Positions 43,031-56,333 of a stretch of DNA of 64,000 nt are shown here, piece by piece. The position numbers were made by a program, and so were the translations under genes. The DNA lies in the NCBI RefSeq assembly GCF_009914755.1, contig NC_060931.1; one strand, written 5' to 3'. The notes beneath the pieces were generated by a model, which saw only the letters and a list, made by a program, of their open reading frames with translations, was not told the DNA's origin and ran no database searches. This DNA is from the human T2T-CHM13v2.0 reference genome, Homo sapiens. Within the stretch, counting starts at the first letter, position 1. Each line of letters starts with the position of its first letter.

Positions 43031-43973
43031 TGAGTGAATGAATGGTAGGGGAGAGGAGACTGGGATGAAAGAAATGCCAAACATTTTTAGTCAAACTAAT
43101 GAGTTCATGCTTTATCTGAATAGAATGGATAATGAGCAAAAGTAAAGAGGTTTAGTAAGATAACTATCTCCAATAAATTCTATTTCTAGGATCCAGCCCA
43201 CATGTCACCTTCTATACCAATCTTAACTTCATTTATCTGCCAATCTTCCATCTGCACTCAGAAATCCAGCCACAGAAATCCAGCCTCTTTGCTGTTCCTT
43301 TAATATGCCACATACCCAAACTTCCATTTCTTTGTCCTCTTTGTTCCTTTTGCCTGGAATGTCCTTTCAATCTGAAACATGTCTACTCCTGCATCTAGAC
43401 TAGCCTTAAGTTCCATCTTTTTGTGAATCCCTCCCTAACTGCCCCAGAAAGAGTAATATCTTTTCTCCTTTGGGCTTCCAGAGTATCTCTTACCCACCTC
43501 TAGTACAGATTTTATCACATCACTATAGTTACTTGTTTACATACTGGCAGGTCTCAAGAGGACAAGATCCATGATCAGTTCTTGGATGGGGCTCCTGCAC
43601 TTTACTCACCTAGAATCTTCAACCCAGTAGGTGCTCAATACCTGTGTTTTAAATGAAAAGGAACTGGGAAAATGAAATGAAAATTAATAGAGGAAAATAT
43701 ATAAGAGAAACTAGGAAAGCGAGGTGTTGTCAAAATGAAAAGAGAAAGGATTTTCAGGAAGTAAGAGGTGCTCAATGCTCTAGAGATTTTAAATAAGCTG
43801 ACAGAAGTCATTGTATAAAACAAGTAGGAAAGAATTAGAGATGTAATAGCCAAGGTTCAGCAGCATATAACAGAAATCACTTTATATTTAAGCAGAAAGT
43901 GATTTAATATGAGGAATTAGATGCTGATAACATCTTTTGAAGGGCTGAATAAATGGGCTCTAGGCTGTGCCCC

Positions 43974-44046
43974 CTGGAATCCCAGAACAATCCCACTCAG
44001 AATTGTCCCCGCTGGAATCCCAGAACAACCCCACTCAGAATTGTCC
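43974..44046. repeat. 38-bp-period tandem duplication
   Basis: ctggaatcccagaacaaYcccactcagaattgtcc at 43974 and 44012, one mismatch. Confidence 0.95.
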
Positions 44047-44244
44047 TGCCAGTGTAACCTGGATCTCTTCCACAATGGGAGGTCTAAAAATGGTGGCCAC
44101 TGGAGCTGTTGGCTTCAGAGCCACAATAACTGCTAGCTCTGCATGAGCCCAGACAGGTGCCCTGCACCTGCCTCTGGATACCAACGACTGGCCCCTAGAA
44201 TCTCTGCTAATGCTGCTGCAGAAAAACATACCTCTGTGACCATG

Positions 44245-44812
44245 TGCTTTAGTTTTCTATTGCTGTGTAATAAATTACCACAAACTTTAATGGCTTAAAA
44301 CAATACCCATGTATTATCTCACTTCTACAGGTCAAAAGTCCAGGTGGGCTTGGCTGGGTTCTCTGCCCTAAGCAGAGAGTCAAGGTGCAGCAGGCTGGGT
44401 TCTTATCTGTAGGCTCTGGGGAAGAATCTACTTCCAAGCTCATTCAAGTTTGGCAGAATTCAGTTCCTTGCTATTGTAGGACTAAGGTCTTTCTAGAGGT
44501 CACTCCCTTGCATGGGCTTTTTCATAGATCCTCTCATAGCATCACAGCTGGTAGCAAGATCCCTCATGTGGGATTCCCCAGCCCCCAAACACTAATCTCT
44601 CTGACTTCCTTTACTGCCTTCAGCCAGAGAAAATTCCTTGCTTTTAAATGGGTTCATGTGATGAGATTAGACTTGCCCAGGTCATCTCTCTATTTTAAAT
44701 CAACTATGCGAGATAACAGTATGATCACAGCAATAGCATCTCTTCATAATCATACGTTCTGGGATTAGGGTATGGAACCTTGGCTGCTATTTTTAGAATT
44801 CTGCCTCCCACA
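44245..44812 (-). mobile_element. MLT1E-like LTR
   Basis: ttagttttctattgctgtgtaataaattaccacaaact...ggctctggggaagaatc...tttagaattctgcctcccaca. Confidence 0.82.
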
Positions 44813-44854
44813 TTATGCTTGCCAGAAACAGCAATATAACCAATAGATACACCT

Positions 44855-45665
44855 TTCATTAGTCAGAGTTCTCCACAGAAACAGAATCAATGGGATACAT
44901 TTCTATAGAGAAAGAGATTTATTATACGGAGCGGCTCCCATGATTATGGAGGCTGACAAGTCCCAAGATCCGCAAGGTACGTTGACAAGCTGGAGGCCCA
45001 GGAGAGCTGATGATGTAGTTTCAGTGTGAAGCCCAGCAGTCTCAAGAACCAGGAAGAGCCAATGTTTCAGTTTGAGCCCAAAGACAGAAAAAAATTGAGG
45101 TCCTAGTTTGAAAGAAGTCATGCAGTAGGAATTTCCTGTTACTCATGAAAGGATCAGCCATTTTGTTCTATACAGGCTTTCAACTGACTGCATGAGCCCA
45201 CCCACATTAGGGAGGGCAATCTGCTTTATTGTCTACTGATAAAAATGTTAATCTCATCCGAAAACACCCTCACAGGAGCACTCAGAATGATGGAGTTCTT
45301 TTGGTTGTTGTTTGCTTGTTTGTTTGCTTGTTGAGATGGGATCTCACTCTGTCACCCTGGCTGGAGTGCAGTGGTGAGATCTTGACTTACTGCAACCTCT
45401 GCCTCCCTGGCCCAGGTAATCCTCCCACCTCAGTTTCCTGGGTAGCTGAGACCACAGGTGCATGCCACCACACCCAGCTAATTTTTTGGATTTTTGGTGG
45501 ACACAGGGTTTTACCATGTTGCCCAGGCGGGTCTTGAACTCCTAAGCTCAAGAAATCCACCCACCTTGTCCTCCCAAAGTGCTGGGATTACTGGGGTGAG
45601 CCCCTGCTCCCAGCCTCAGAATAATGATCGACGAAATATCTGGGCACATAAAATTAACCATCACA
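44855..45665 (-). mobile_element. MLT2B-like ERVL LTR split by an Alu
   Basis: attagtcagagttctccacagaaacagaa...tggaggctgacaagtcccaagatc...cataaaattaaccatcaca. Confidence 0.85.
45296..45615 (-). mobile_element. Alu, AluJ-type
   Basis: Full dimer; TSD tcagaatgatg (45282-45292) / tcagaataatg (45616-45626). Confidence 0.93.
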
Positions 45666-45771
45666 CCTTCCAAATCTCATGCAAGTACCCTACGTTAGAT
45701 TGGCCGAACCTAAGTCCTATCCAGAACTCCAGGTACAAGGGAGTCAGGCAATGCAGAAAGGCACATGGCAA

Positions 45772-46115
45772 CAGTTTCTCTCAAATATTTTGACCCCATG
45801 CCACTATAGGAAATGCATATTTTATCACACCCAGTATAAGCACACATATATGAGTACATGAAATAAAATTTTTATAAGACATTACTTACCTTTACTAAGT
45901 GCAATGTGTTCTGATATTTTCTTTGTGGTTCTATTTCATTTTTTAAAAATTTCAACCTATTGAAATATAATCGATAAAGAGGCATTCTATTAATATATAT
46001 TTAAGGTACACAAACTGATGTTTTTATATAGGTACGCTTTGGGAAATTGTTTCTATTTTATTTTAAATCACTCTGATCTTGACCCGCTAAATGGTTTCAT
46101 GACCTTCCAATAAAC
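45772..46115. mobile_element. hAT-Charlie MITE (MER112-like) with a short L1 3' insert
   Basis: tacttacctttactaagtgcaatg...gacccgctaaatggtttcatgacc; insert at about 45940-46047. Confidence 0.5.
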
Positions 46116-46920
46116 GAGGTATCATTAGGAAGGCAGACTGATTTTGAGGGTCAATCTACTGTACCCATTACAAATGACCTTAGGGAAGCCATTTTTCTTC
46201 AGTTACATGTCTCACAATGCCTGGAAGATATAACAAATTTCTTAAGTTGAATTGACTGCAGACAGTGGGCTTTCAATTCAAACTGAACACAGACTGAGAA
46301 AAGTCTGAATCTTTTTACAGGATAGGTCCCTGAGTATTCAATAAAATAAAAGATGGATATCAAGGAATGCCCTTTTGCCCACTCCCCACCTCAGGAAGGC
46401 TAGATTTGAAAGTCCACTGGAATACATGGGACCCATTTTTCAGGGGGAATAAATGGCTACCAAGGCAGTGTTCATGCACAAAGTAAACATGAACAAAGTG
46501 AACATGATTAAATATCATAAATTGTTGCTGAAGCATGTAAAAATTGTCAGCTTCTGAGCCACTTATAATAACTACTAAATGACTGGCTTTGATTACCATG
46601 TCAATGCTTAAGGCACAATTTAGAGAATGTTGTTACTAAGACAACCCTCCCTTTCAACAAGTGCCCAGGTTTCATATTTCTGTTCCACACCCCCAAGATG
46701 GTGAGCTGTGTCTCTCCAGGAGGAAAGGCTCTAGTGAAGAATTCATCAATTTTCTACTCAATCTCTCTTACAAAACTACTCTCTGGGAAAATGACTTATT
46801 GTTTAAGTGTTTACTTTTTGTTATTTGAGCAAGCAGTAGGCATATTCGTGAATCCATTTTCATTTAACTGCGCTCATGCTCCAAGCAGCTTACATGGATC
46901 AGCCCAGAGAGGTTAACCTC

Positions 46921-47126
46921 AATCAATTCTCTATCTCTGTTGCCACGTCACTGCAGAGTTTCACATGGTCAGATTTCATTGTCTGACTGTGAAAAAATTA
47001 AGAACTTGGCTTTCCTAAACAAGAATCAATTCTCTATCTCTGTTGCCACGTCACTGCAGAGTTTCACATGGTCAGATTTCATTGTTTGACTGTGAAAAAA
47101 TTAAGAATTTGGCTTTCCTAAACAAG
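46921..47126. repeat. 103-bp tandem duplication of unique sequence
   Basis: 46921-47023 versus 47024-47126, two mismatches. Confidence 0.98.
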
Positions 47127-47871
47127 AAACGTATTATAGAGTCTTCCTCATTCGGTTACATAAGAGTGTGAATGAAGAACAAATAGGGGCATTGTCTGAT
47201 ACAGAAAGTAAAGTTTTAGGGCTAGGTAGCTTGTGGTTGTTTTAACAAAATCTACAAATTGTTTAAAAATGAGAGTCTTGAAATCAGTGAAATTATGATG
47301 GCTTGGGGAACTTTTACCAATAGCATTATCAAATATCTGGATATACACTCTATATAGGAGCAATAAATCTCAATCATTTGTTTAAGAAAGATTTGATGAG
47401 CACCTCCTATGTGGTGTTTATTGTTCTACTGTAAATGCAGAAGTGATCAAAATAGACCAAGTTTTGCTCATTATATAGCTGGAAGAGGCAGAGGATAACT
47501 GGGAAACAAATAATGAAAGGACAAGGTAAAGGGCACGTGGGACACAGCCAGCTCAGAGTTGCCTAAAGCAAACACACACTATGCCTCTATCCCACAGTTC
47601 CAAGAACTATGACACATTTCTCTAATTGCTATGTATCATAACTGCCAGAGTGTTTCCCTTTCTCCCAATTGCATGTATTTTTTAGGAAAAGGTATAATTT
47701 ATGGGATTAATACTGGGGATTCGGAAAATCAGTGGATGCCTGAGGATCAGTTTTGAAAATTGAGCAATGCCATAGTAGTTCTGGAGGTTGACAGGCAGAA
47801 TATCTGATCACATACTTTAAAAAACACACAAACAGCTTCATTGAGGTATAACTGACATACAATAAACTGCT

Positions 47872-48281
47872 TGCTATGGTTTGAATGTGTCCCCCAAAGC
47901 TCATGTATGGGAAACTTAATCTCCACTGCAACAGTGTTGGGAGCTGGGGCCTAATAAGAGGTGATTGGTCATGAGTGATCTGCCCTCATGAATGGATTAA
48001 TGTTGTTAACCCAGGAGCAGGTTTGTTACCTGGGGAGTAAGCTTTTTATAAAAGTGAGTTTGGCCCCCTCTTGCTCTCCTGTATGCTCTTTGCCCTTCTG
48101 CCTTTCTCAGTGGGATGATGCAGCACAAAAACGCTCACTGGATGCCTTTGGACTTCTTTGGCATCTTTGAATGCTTTTGGACTTCCCAGCCTCCAGAACC
48201 ATGAGCCAAATAACTTTCTGTTTATTATCAGTTACCCAGTCTGTGGCATTCTGTTATAGCAGCATAAAATGGACTAAGACA
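47872..48281 (+). mobile_element. Solo MSTC-like LTR
   Basis: tgctatggtttgaatgtgtcccccaaag...aaatggactaagaca. Confidence 0.88.
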
Positions 48282-48645
48282 CTGTACATATTTAAAGTAC
48301 ACAATTTGATAAGTTCTGATATATGCATATACCCATGTCAACATCACCATATCAACGTAACGGACATATCTTTCACCTCTAAAAATGTCCTTTGTTATCC
48401 CTCCATCCTATACCTCCCAATGCCCAGCCCTAGGCAATCACTGGTCTGTTTCCTGTCACTATAGGTTATCTCACATTTTCTAGAATATCATTCTCTCTTT
48501 TGGGGAATCTGGCTTCTTTCACTCAGAATAATTATTTTGAATTTTAGCCACCTTGTTTTATGTATCAATAATTCATCACTGTTTTGCTTATTAACATATG
48601 AATGCACATTGGGATTGTTCCCACATTTTGCCTAGTATAAATTAA

Positions 48646-48990
<345 letters not shown>

Positions 48991-49559
48991 TGCTTTGATC
49001 TTTTTAGTGACAATACCTGGGAGTAGATTGGGTCACATACGGGGTGCATGCTTAAATTTTTTTAAAAAAATACCTAACTGTTTTCCATAATAGTTGCATT
49101 TTCACAATCCCATTAACAGTGCATGAGAGCTCCAGTTACCACATCATTTAGTAGGTCAGTCTTTTAAACATTCTAAAAGATGTGTATTGTTATGTCATTG
49201 TAGTTTTTATTTGCATTTCCCCTAAGGCCTTATAATGTTCAGCAGTTTTTTATGCACTTATTTGCCGTTCATATATCTTCTTTGGTAATGTGTTTGTTCA
49301 AATCTTTTGCCATTTTTAATTGGATTATCTTCACAAAATTGAGTTTTGAGAGTTATGTTCTGGATACAAGCCCCTTGTCATATAGGTCATTTGCAAATAT
49401 TTTCTCCCAGCCTGTGTGTTATCATTTAATACTTTAAAAAGTCTTCCAAAAAGTAAAAGTTCTTAGTTTGAGAATGTCCAATTTTTTTGTAATGAATCAT
49501 GCTTTTGGTGTTGTAACTAGGAAATCTGCCTAATCCAGGGTCACAAAAAAATTTTTAAA

Positions 49560-50890
49560 TATATTTGAAAGATGTTTCTCCATTGCATTCTTGATTGTAT
49601 CAGTTCTGTTGAGAAATCTGCTTTTATTTGTGTATTTTTCTCCAGGTTCTTTTAAGATTCCCTTTTTATTTTTAAATTTAAGCAACATGATTATGAAGTG
49701 ACTTAGCATAGTTTTCCTCATGTTTTCCTGTGTTTGCAGTTCACTGGGCTTATTAAATCTATACATTTAAAATTTTCATCAACTTTAAAAATTCTTGTCC
49801 ATTATTTATTTATTTTTTCTGCCTGTCTCACCCCTTGGGGATCCAATTACACTTGAAGCATTCTTTTCTCTATGTGTTTTGTTTTAGATGGTTTCCATTG
49901 CTATGTCTTCAAGTTCTCTAATCTTTTATTCTGAAGTGTCTAATCTCTCATTGATCCTACCTAGTAATCTTAGACTAGATTTTTAATTTTAGTCATTATA
50001 GTTTTCATCTCTAGAAGTTTATTTTGGATTTCTTAACTTGCATGTCTTTACTTAACATGCTCAATCTGCACTCTAACTTCTTGAACATGTGGAATATGGT
50101 TAAAATAACCATTTTAATGTTCTCTACTAATTCTATTATCTGCATAATTCCTGGGTCAGTTTTGACTGTCTGATTTTCCCCCTTATTATGTGTTGTATTT
50201 TCCTGTTTGTTTGCATGCCTGGTAATTTCTGATTGGATGCCAAACATTGTGAGTTTTACTTTAGACGGTGCTGGATATTTTTGTATTCTCATAAATATTC
50301 TTGAACTTTGTTTAGGGATTCAGTTAAATTCCTTGGAAATAGTTTTAACCTCTCAGGCTTGTTTTTAAGCCTTTTTAGGCAAGACCAGAGCAGTAGTTAG
50401 TGAAGGGATAATTTTTCTTCACTGCTGTGGCAAAACTCTCCTTAGCATTCTACCAAATGGCATGTGAATTATGAGGTCTTCCACACCAGCTATTGAGAAC
50501 AGGGATTATTCCTGGCCCCGTGTGATCCTGGGTATTGTTTCCTCTAATCCTTTTGGGTGTTTCTTCCCTTGGTCTCAGCTAGTTTCCTAATACACATTAG
50601 ATATTAAATATAGCAGCCTCCATGGACTACTGACTCCATCCCCACAATTTAGGGAAACTCCTCAACTCGGCCTCATTTCCTCCTCTCTGTACCGTGGCCT
50701 GAAAACTTTGTTCAGTCAGTAAGTTAGGGCAATTTTATGGATCTCTTCATTTATTTCCCATCTCGCAAAGATCATTGTCCTTCATTGACTGACATCTTGT
50801 CTTGAGAACAATTGTTTCATGTACTTTGTCTACTTTCTTAGTTATTTCCAGCAGGAATATAAATCCAGTCCCTACTGCTGTATTTTGAGA
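49560..50890 (-). mobile_element. L1M (L1MD-like) 5'/ORF1 relic
   Basis: Remnant peptides IQSEITRHANKQENTTHN and HFIIMLLKFKNKKGILK resemble old L1 ORF1. Confidence 0.65.
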
Positions 50891-51349
50891 GGAAATGTTA
50901 ACTCTAAATTACATTTTAATGTTGAGTCTTACTTCTCTGGTTTTGTTTTCTGATTTTTTTTCTTCTTAGATGGTAGATTTTATGTGGACATATGGGAAAT
51001 GACAATTGCTAGACATGAGGAGAAATTACAGGGAATGAGCAGACATATGGGAAATATGGTTTAAAAAGAACAAAGAGAAAGAATTGGGAATGAAATGAGA
51101 ACAAATGGCCAGATCTGGGGAAAGGAGTTGATGGAGAGTGTCAAAGTCATCTGAAATCCCACCTCTCACCTCTGCTAGGCCAAACGTGTGACTGCAGAAG
51201 GATTCAAGCTCATCACTTCAACTTGGTAACTTTAATCTGTCAGTGAGCTGGTCCTCCCAGCAACCTATCAAAGACAAGGTGCATAAATTTGTCATCTCTA
51301 TTTTTCAGAAAGAGAAACACCAAAATTGTTAGACAACAATCTCAAAATC

Positions 51350-51590
51350 GCCCAGAGAATAGGGCCTGGTTGAGAACTAGAAATCTTAAGTATATCTTGT
51401 TACTACTTTTCCCAAATGGTTATCTAAGCATCACTCATTGTGAGAGGAAGTCACTTCACTTCTCTAAGTTCTCAGTTTCCTTATCTGGAAACTGGAATAA
51501 GAACTCCCACATGAGAGGTCAACATGAGGGTTTACTGAGATGGTGCGTGAAAACCTGTGCGCCGTGCCTGACACTGAATATTACATGTAC
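51350..51590 (+). mobile_element. MIR
   Basis: aagtcacttcacttctctaagttctcagtttccttatctg. Confidence 0.65.
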
Positions 51591-51957
51591 AGTTCTGTGT
51601 ATTTTCTCTTCTAGAGGGAGATACTGGAAGAATGTCTTAAATACAGAGATGAATCAGCCACCATGGGCTGTCAAATAAGAGCTGGACAGAGGACCAGCCT
51701 ACAGGCCCACTCCCTACTCTCACCAGGCTATCCCAGCCCTGGGCTATCTCCTAATTAAAGAATCAAAGTCAGAAGACCTGGACTCACCCTCTAGGTATCT
51801 GACCTGGGGACAATTATTTAGCCCCTCAAGGAAGTAAAGGCATGAAGGAGACACTTGTGACAGGAGAGAAAAGTAATTCAGGCAGACAGAGCCAAAAATT
51901 CCTGAGGGCAGAAAAGGACCTGGTGTATTGATAGCAAGGAAGTCAGTGTGGCTGGAA

Positions 51958-52090
51958 TGGAGAAGAAGGAGAGAGAGGAAGAGGAGGGAGGAGGAGGAGG
52001 GGGAAAAGAAGAGGGGGAAGAGGAAGAGGTATGGGTAGGTATGGAGAGGGTGGGAGGAAAAAAAGAAGGCGAAGAGGAGCCAGAGAAGGG
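51958..52090. repeat. Purine-rich (GGA/GAA) tract inside an L2 fragment
   Basis: Read directly; flanked by L2 motifs gtgtggctggaatg and taagccattg. Confidence 0.85.
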
Positions 52091-52989
52091 TGCAAACACT
52101 GACAACAAGGTATAAGCCATTGCAAAGCTTGGCTATGCAAGATCCTCCCCCGCACATTCCCTGCCTGTCTTCAGCCTGTTTTCCCCACCAAACAATGCTC
52201 ATTCCATTCTTAGCATCTAATGGAAGCAAGAAAATGGAAATAACCTAAAACTCCAACAATAGAGTTTAAAGAAATTAACATCTAAGATTCATACCTCTGA
52301 AGAACATTTATGACTCAGGAAAATGCTTACACTATATCACTAAATGAAAAAAGTGGGAGTGAGTCAAAGCTGTGTAGCTAATTTTGTTTAAATGCATGCA
52401 TATACACATCCTTTCTTTTTCCCAGAGAATTATACCACAGTGTAATAAAAGTGCTTACCTCTAAGTGGCTGAATTATAAGCATTTTTAATTTTTTAATTA
52501 TTTTTCAACTTTTTTTTTTTACAACAAACCTATTACTGTTATAATCAGAAAATAATAACACTCATAAATGAATTAAATAATTTAGTCCAGGATATCATCA
52601 TCTTCAATAACATATTTCAATTCACAAATTTATTAGGTACTCTCAGGGTATTAAGAGGGTTTAAAATAGCCCAGTGTTAATGCTGCCCAGGTCTATATTG
52701 CAATATGAATTCATAAGATATTATAGTTATTTGAAAATTATATAAATGGCTTTATATCATAGGCTATTTACTTTGGAGAAGAATTAAATGAGCAGATTTA
52801 TCTTAGACCCCATTTGCTGGAATTAACTTGAAAAGTATTGTCTTAAGTAGGTCTGTCTCCAAGATCACATTATATTAAAAGACCAAGAACTAGTAGAAAA
52901 TCAAGACCCACAATGATAAATGTCACTGTAAAATCTTATTACTATTTTTTAACCAAATATCTTCCTCCAAAATATTATAGTGTTTGATA

Positions 52990-53480
52990 TTATAGGTGAA
53001 CCTCTTTAATCATTTCAGTGTATAGATTTTAGAACGTACTGAAATGATAAAATGAAAACATATTTTATTTTGTATAACCTTTGGCCTCTAACTTCCACAA
53101 CGCTTAAAAAATAGACTATTACCAGCACCATGGAATCTTTCCCTTGTGATCACTCTCAATTACTGCCTCCATCTCCCTCCCCCAACTTAACCAATACCCT
53201 GACTTCTAACACTATAGATTAGATTTGCCTGTGTTTGAAGTTAATAAAACTGGAATGAAACAGTATGTGTTCCTTTATGTCTTGCTTCTTTCACTCAACA
53301 TTACTGGGGTTGTATCCATGCTGTTTGATACAATAGTAACTTAGCAATTTTCATTTCTGTATCCTATTCTTTTGTATGAGTATTCCACAATTTAGTTATC
53401 CATACCACTGTGTGTAGGTATTTGTGTTGTTTCTAGGCTGCAGCTGTTATAATAAAGGCTGCCAGAAGGATTCCTGTTTC
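52990..53480 (-). mobile_element. L1ME 3' region
   Basis: cctgacttctaacactatagattag...ttgcttctttcactcaacatt. Confidence 0.65.
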
Positions 53481-53534
53481 ACTGGATTTAGATAGAAGCA
53501 TACTCATTACAGCTGCCTTATTTAGGTTAGCTGC

Positions 53535-53635
53535 CTTGGTCTTGAACCCTGGCTGCACGTTACGATCACCCTGCTGCCTGGGAACTAGTTCTGCAAGTAA
53601 TTCTGATCTGGGCTGGAGTTAAGAACCAATGTGCT
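53535..53635. mobile_element. MER5-like MITE, internally deleted
   Basis: tggtcttgaaccctggctgcacgtta...gtaattctgat...gttaagaacca. Confidence 0.5.
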
Positions 53636-54897
53636 AGATATTGAGACCCCACCCCCAGACAAAAAAGGAGAGTAATCCAGTTTAGGGGATTCTCAATGAA
53701 TTGCTTTCTGGAAAGAGGACAATTAAATGCAATGTAAAAATTGATTTTGTTTGCATTGACTTTATCCTTCATATTTTTACTTCAATTTCCTAAACCAAAA
53801 GATTATAGGTACTGGTTTTATGATACTTGTAAGTGGCCTCCAGAGTATTTTGAAAATTCCCCAAATTCTCGAAGGAAGGTTACTTTATATGTGGCTTAAA
53901 GATGCATGTGTCATAATTTAGCATACCTTGGGTGGAGGATTAGGCTATCAAAAATTCAAACAGACATGACTTTGGTGTCCCAGCTCCACAAACAGTGAGA
54001 CTTCAAAAAGGCAAGAGTTAATTTTCCTTGGTCCAGATCATAGCCTGGAATTAAATGAGCTCTACTTAATAACTACTGTTGCAACTGAAAATTTGGTTGG
54101 TGCTATTTAATTCCCTGAATTCTTGAAACTGTTTTTTGGACTCATGCCCAGGAGCTGTCTTGATAAATGTGTCTCAGAGAATGAAAAACAAAAATGGACA
54201 GCATGGCTCTAGAAAGTACAGTAACAAATAGTATGGAAATATCACAAGATCTAAAATTTGCTTTCTCTTCAAGTTCAATCTCCAATCATTGATAGATAGG
54301 CAAGAACAGAGGCCATAAACCCAATTATTTTGTCTTATGTGTAGAATACGTTAGAAATTTAATATTATTTATATGTAGCCAGGTAGTAGAATGCCTTCAA
54401 CTTCTAGTGTGATGAGGCCTGTTTTAGGTCCTGTCTGACCCAGAATAACTCCTCCAGTAGCCTCCTCTCCCACCTGACTTGACATGACTTTAACCACTGA
54501 CCAAGAAACATTATTTGAGCTTTGACTATGTGATAGATTTCCTGAAAGCTTCTGTAGGGCCAATAAAGACTCCACCTTGGGGTCTTCAAGGAAATTGGAA
54601 TCTTTTGGGGGTAATCTTACACTCATGCAAAGAAAACTAAGATTGCAAAGCAACCATGATGTGTCAGAAGCCCAGTGAGCTGGTGGTCAGTAAAACCTTC
54701 TCATAAGCAGTAGACATGAGCTGAATCTTAAAGGATGGTCAGACTTCTAATAGGTAGGCAGGAAGGGGAAGGGCATTTCAGACAAGAGCAAATGTGAAGA
54801 AAAAAAGACGGGAAAATGTTCAGTAAACAGTGAGGAAACCAATTTCATTGGAGTGGGAGATTCTTCTAAAGCATGGCAATTAAAAGTTTGTGCACTT

Positions 54898-54964
54898 GTG
54901 GTCAGGAGTTCGAGACCAGACTGGGCCACGTAGCAAGACCCCATCTCTACAAGAAAAAAAAAAA
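54898..54964 (+). mobile_element. 5'-truncated Alu left-monomer insertion
   Basis: ggtcaggagttcgagaccagactggg...catctctacaagaaaaaaaaaa; flanks aaaagtttgtg/aaaagatttgtg. Confidence 0.8.
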
Positions 54965-55214
54965 GATTTGTGATTGCAACTAAAGACAGAGCAAAAGATG
55001 GTGTACATAACCCACTAGTTTCATATTCCAGTGTGAAAAGATCTTGATGACAGCGAGGAATTAGAGACAATCTTCTGACCAATTGAGATGGTAACAACTA
55101 AGCAATTGGATAGAAACAAAACAAAATTCTAACCAAAATTCTCTAAATATATTAAATAATACCAAAAATAGCAGCAATTGAAATCTACAACCAACTTAAG
55201 ACCACCCTTATGAT

Positions 55215-56025
55215 GTCCTGCCCCTCCCAGCTGCTCAAGCACAAAGCCTGAAAGTCATTCTTCATCCCTCCCCCATCAATCCCTCCTACGATCTGTCCAT
55301 CACCAAATACTTTCAGCTCTGCCTCTGTTTCTTTCCACCACCATCACCCTAAGCCAAGTCACCTGATCTCTCACCACACTCCAACTGATCTTGCTGCTTT
55401 CTTTCTTAACCTCTGTGCCCCCTCATCCTTCCCACTTCAGCCCCAATACCTGATTTACACAGCAGCTAGAATGCCATCTAACAATCCTGAATCTAATGAG
55501 ATTATTCTAAAACATTCCTAAGGTCCCCACTGTACCCTTTATAATAACATATAGGATCTGTAACCTGACAAGGCCCTCTAGTTCCTAAGGAGGTACCCAT
55601 TCTAATGCCATCTTGCCTCATGCTTCCCTTATTTCAGTGATTGTGTCCACACTCTTCTCCTGGTTCCTTAAACTAGATCCATTCTTACCAACCTTCTTAC
55701 AGTGCACTTTGTACCCACTCTGCCTGGCTAGCTCCTAGCATACCAATGGCCAAAGTTGAAGTGCCTCTTCCCCACAGGCACTTGCTTTGACAATCCCCCA
55801 ATCTAAAATTTTGTCCTGCATGTAATTCTCTCCATGGATCCTTGTCTTTTATTTCATGGCACTTAACACAATTTATAATTATACATGTAACTTTTGTGTT
55901 TGTTTAAAGCTTTAAGTGTCATGCAAATATAGACCAGGTATGTATGGTTCATCACTGTATACCGAAGCCTAACAGTACCTGACACCGAAGGTGTGCAATA
56001 AATATAACTTCAATGCATGAAATGA
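55215..56025 (+). mobile_element. L2 3' region
   Basis: ccagctgctcaagcacaaagcctg...catcaccaaat...ggttcatcactgtat...aataaatat. Confidence 0.7.
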
Positions 56026-56333
56026 GGAAATTCTCACTAGCTCTTTGTGTGCCGAACCACAATATGGATTCCAGTTCTCAATAATCTCTAGCACTAAATT
56101 TAGTAACTCATTTGATCAGTTACTTATAAGTAGTCTTTTTTTATATGTTTAATAAAGAGAAGGGTTAAAAAAAAAGAGAAGGTTGCTTTTCCCAAAGACA
56201 GAATAAAAATATTGCATTTTTAGATAGTTTATACCACATATGAATGACATTTTGACCTACAAAAGCCCTCACCTTTGAGACACAGTAACACATAAAGGCA
56301 GAGAGAAATAAGTTTGGAAAGTAAATCATAATA

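Larger units (their letters stand above)
43842..45760 (-). mobile_element. Very old MaLR-like LTR hosting nested insertions
   Basis: Start ataacagaaatcactt...aagcagaaagtgatttaat; remainder gattggccgaacctaagtc...caagggagtc at about 45700-45750. Confidence 0.4.

Noticed and set aside
51744-52229. Three overlapping Ser/Pro/Leu-rich ORFs
   Set aside because: Artefact of a stop-poor purine tract
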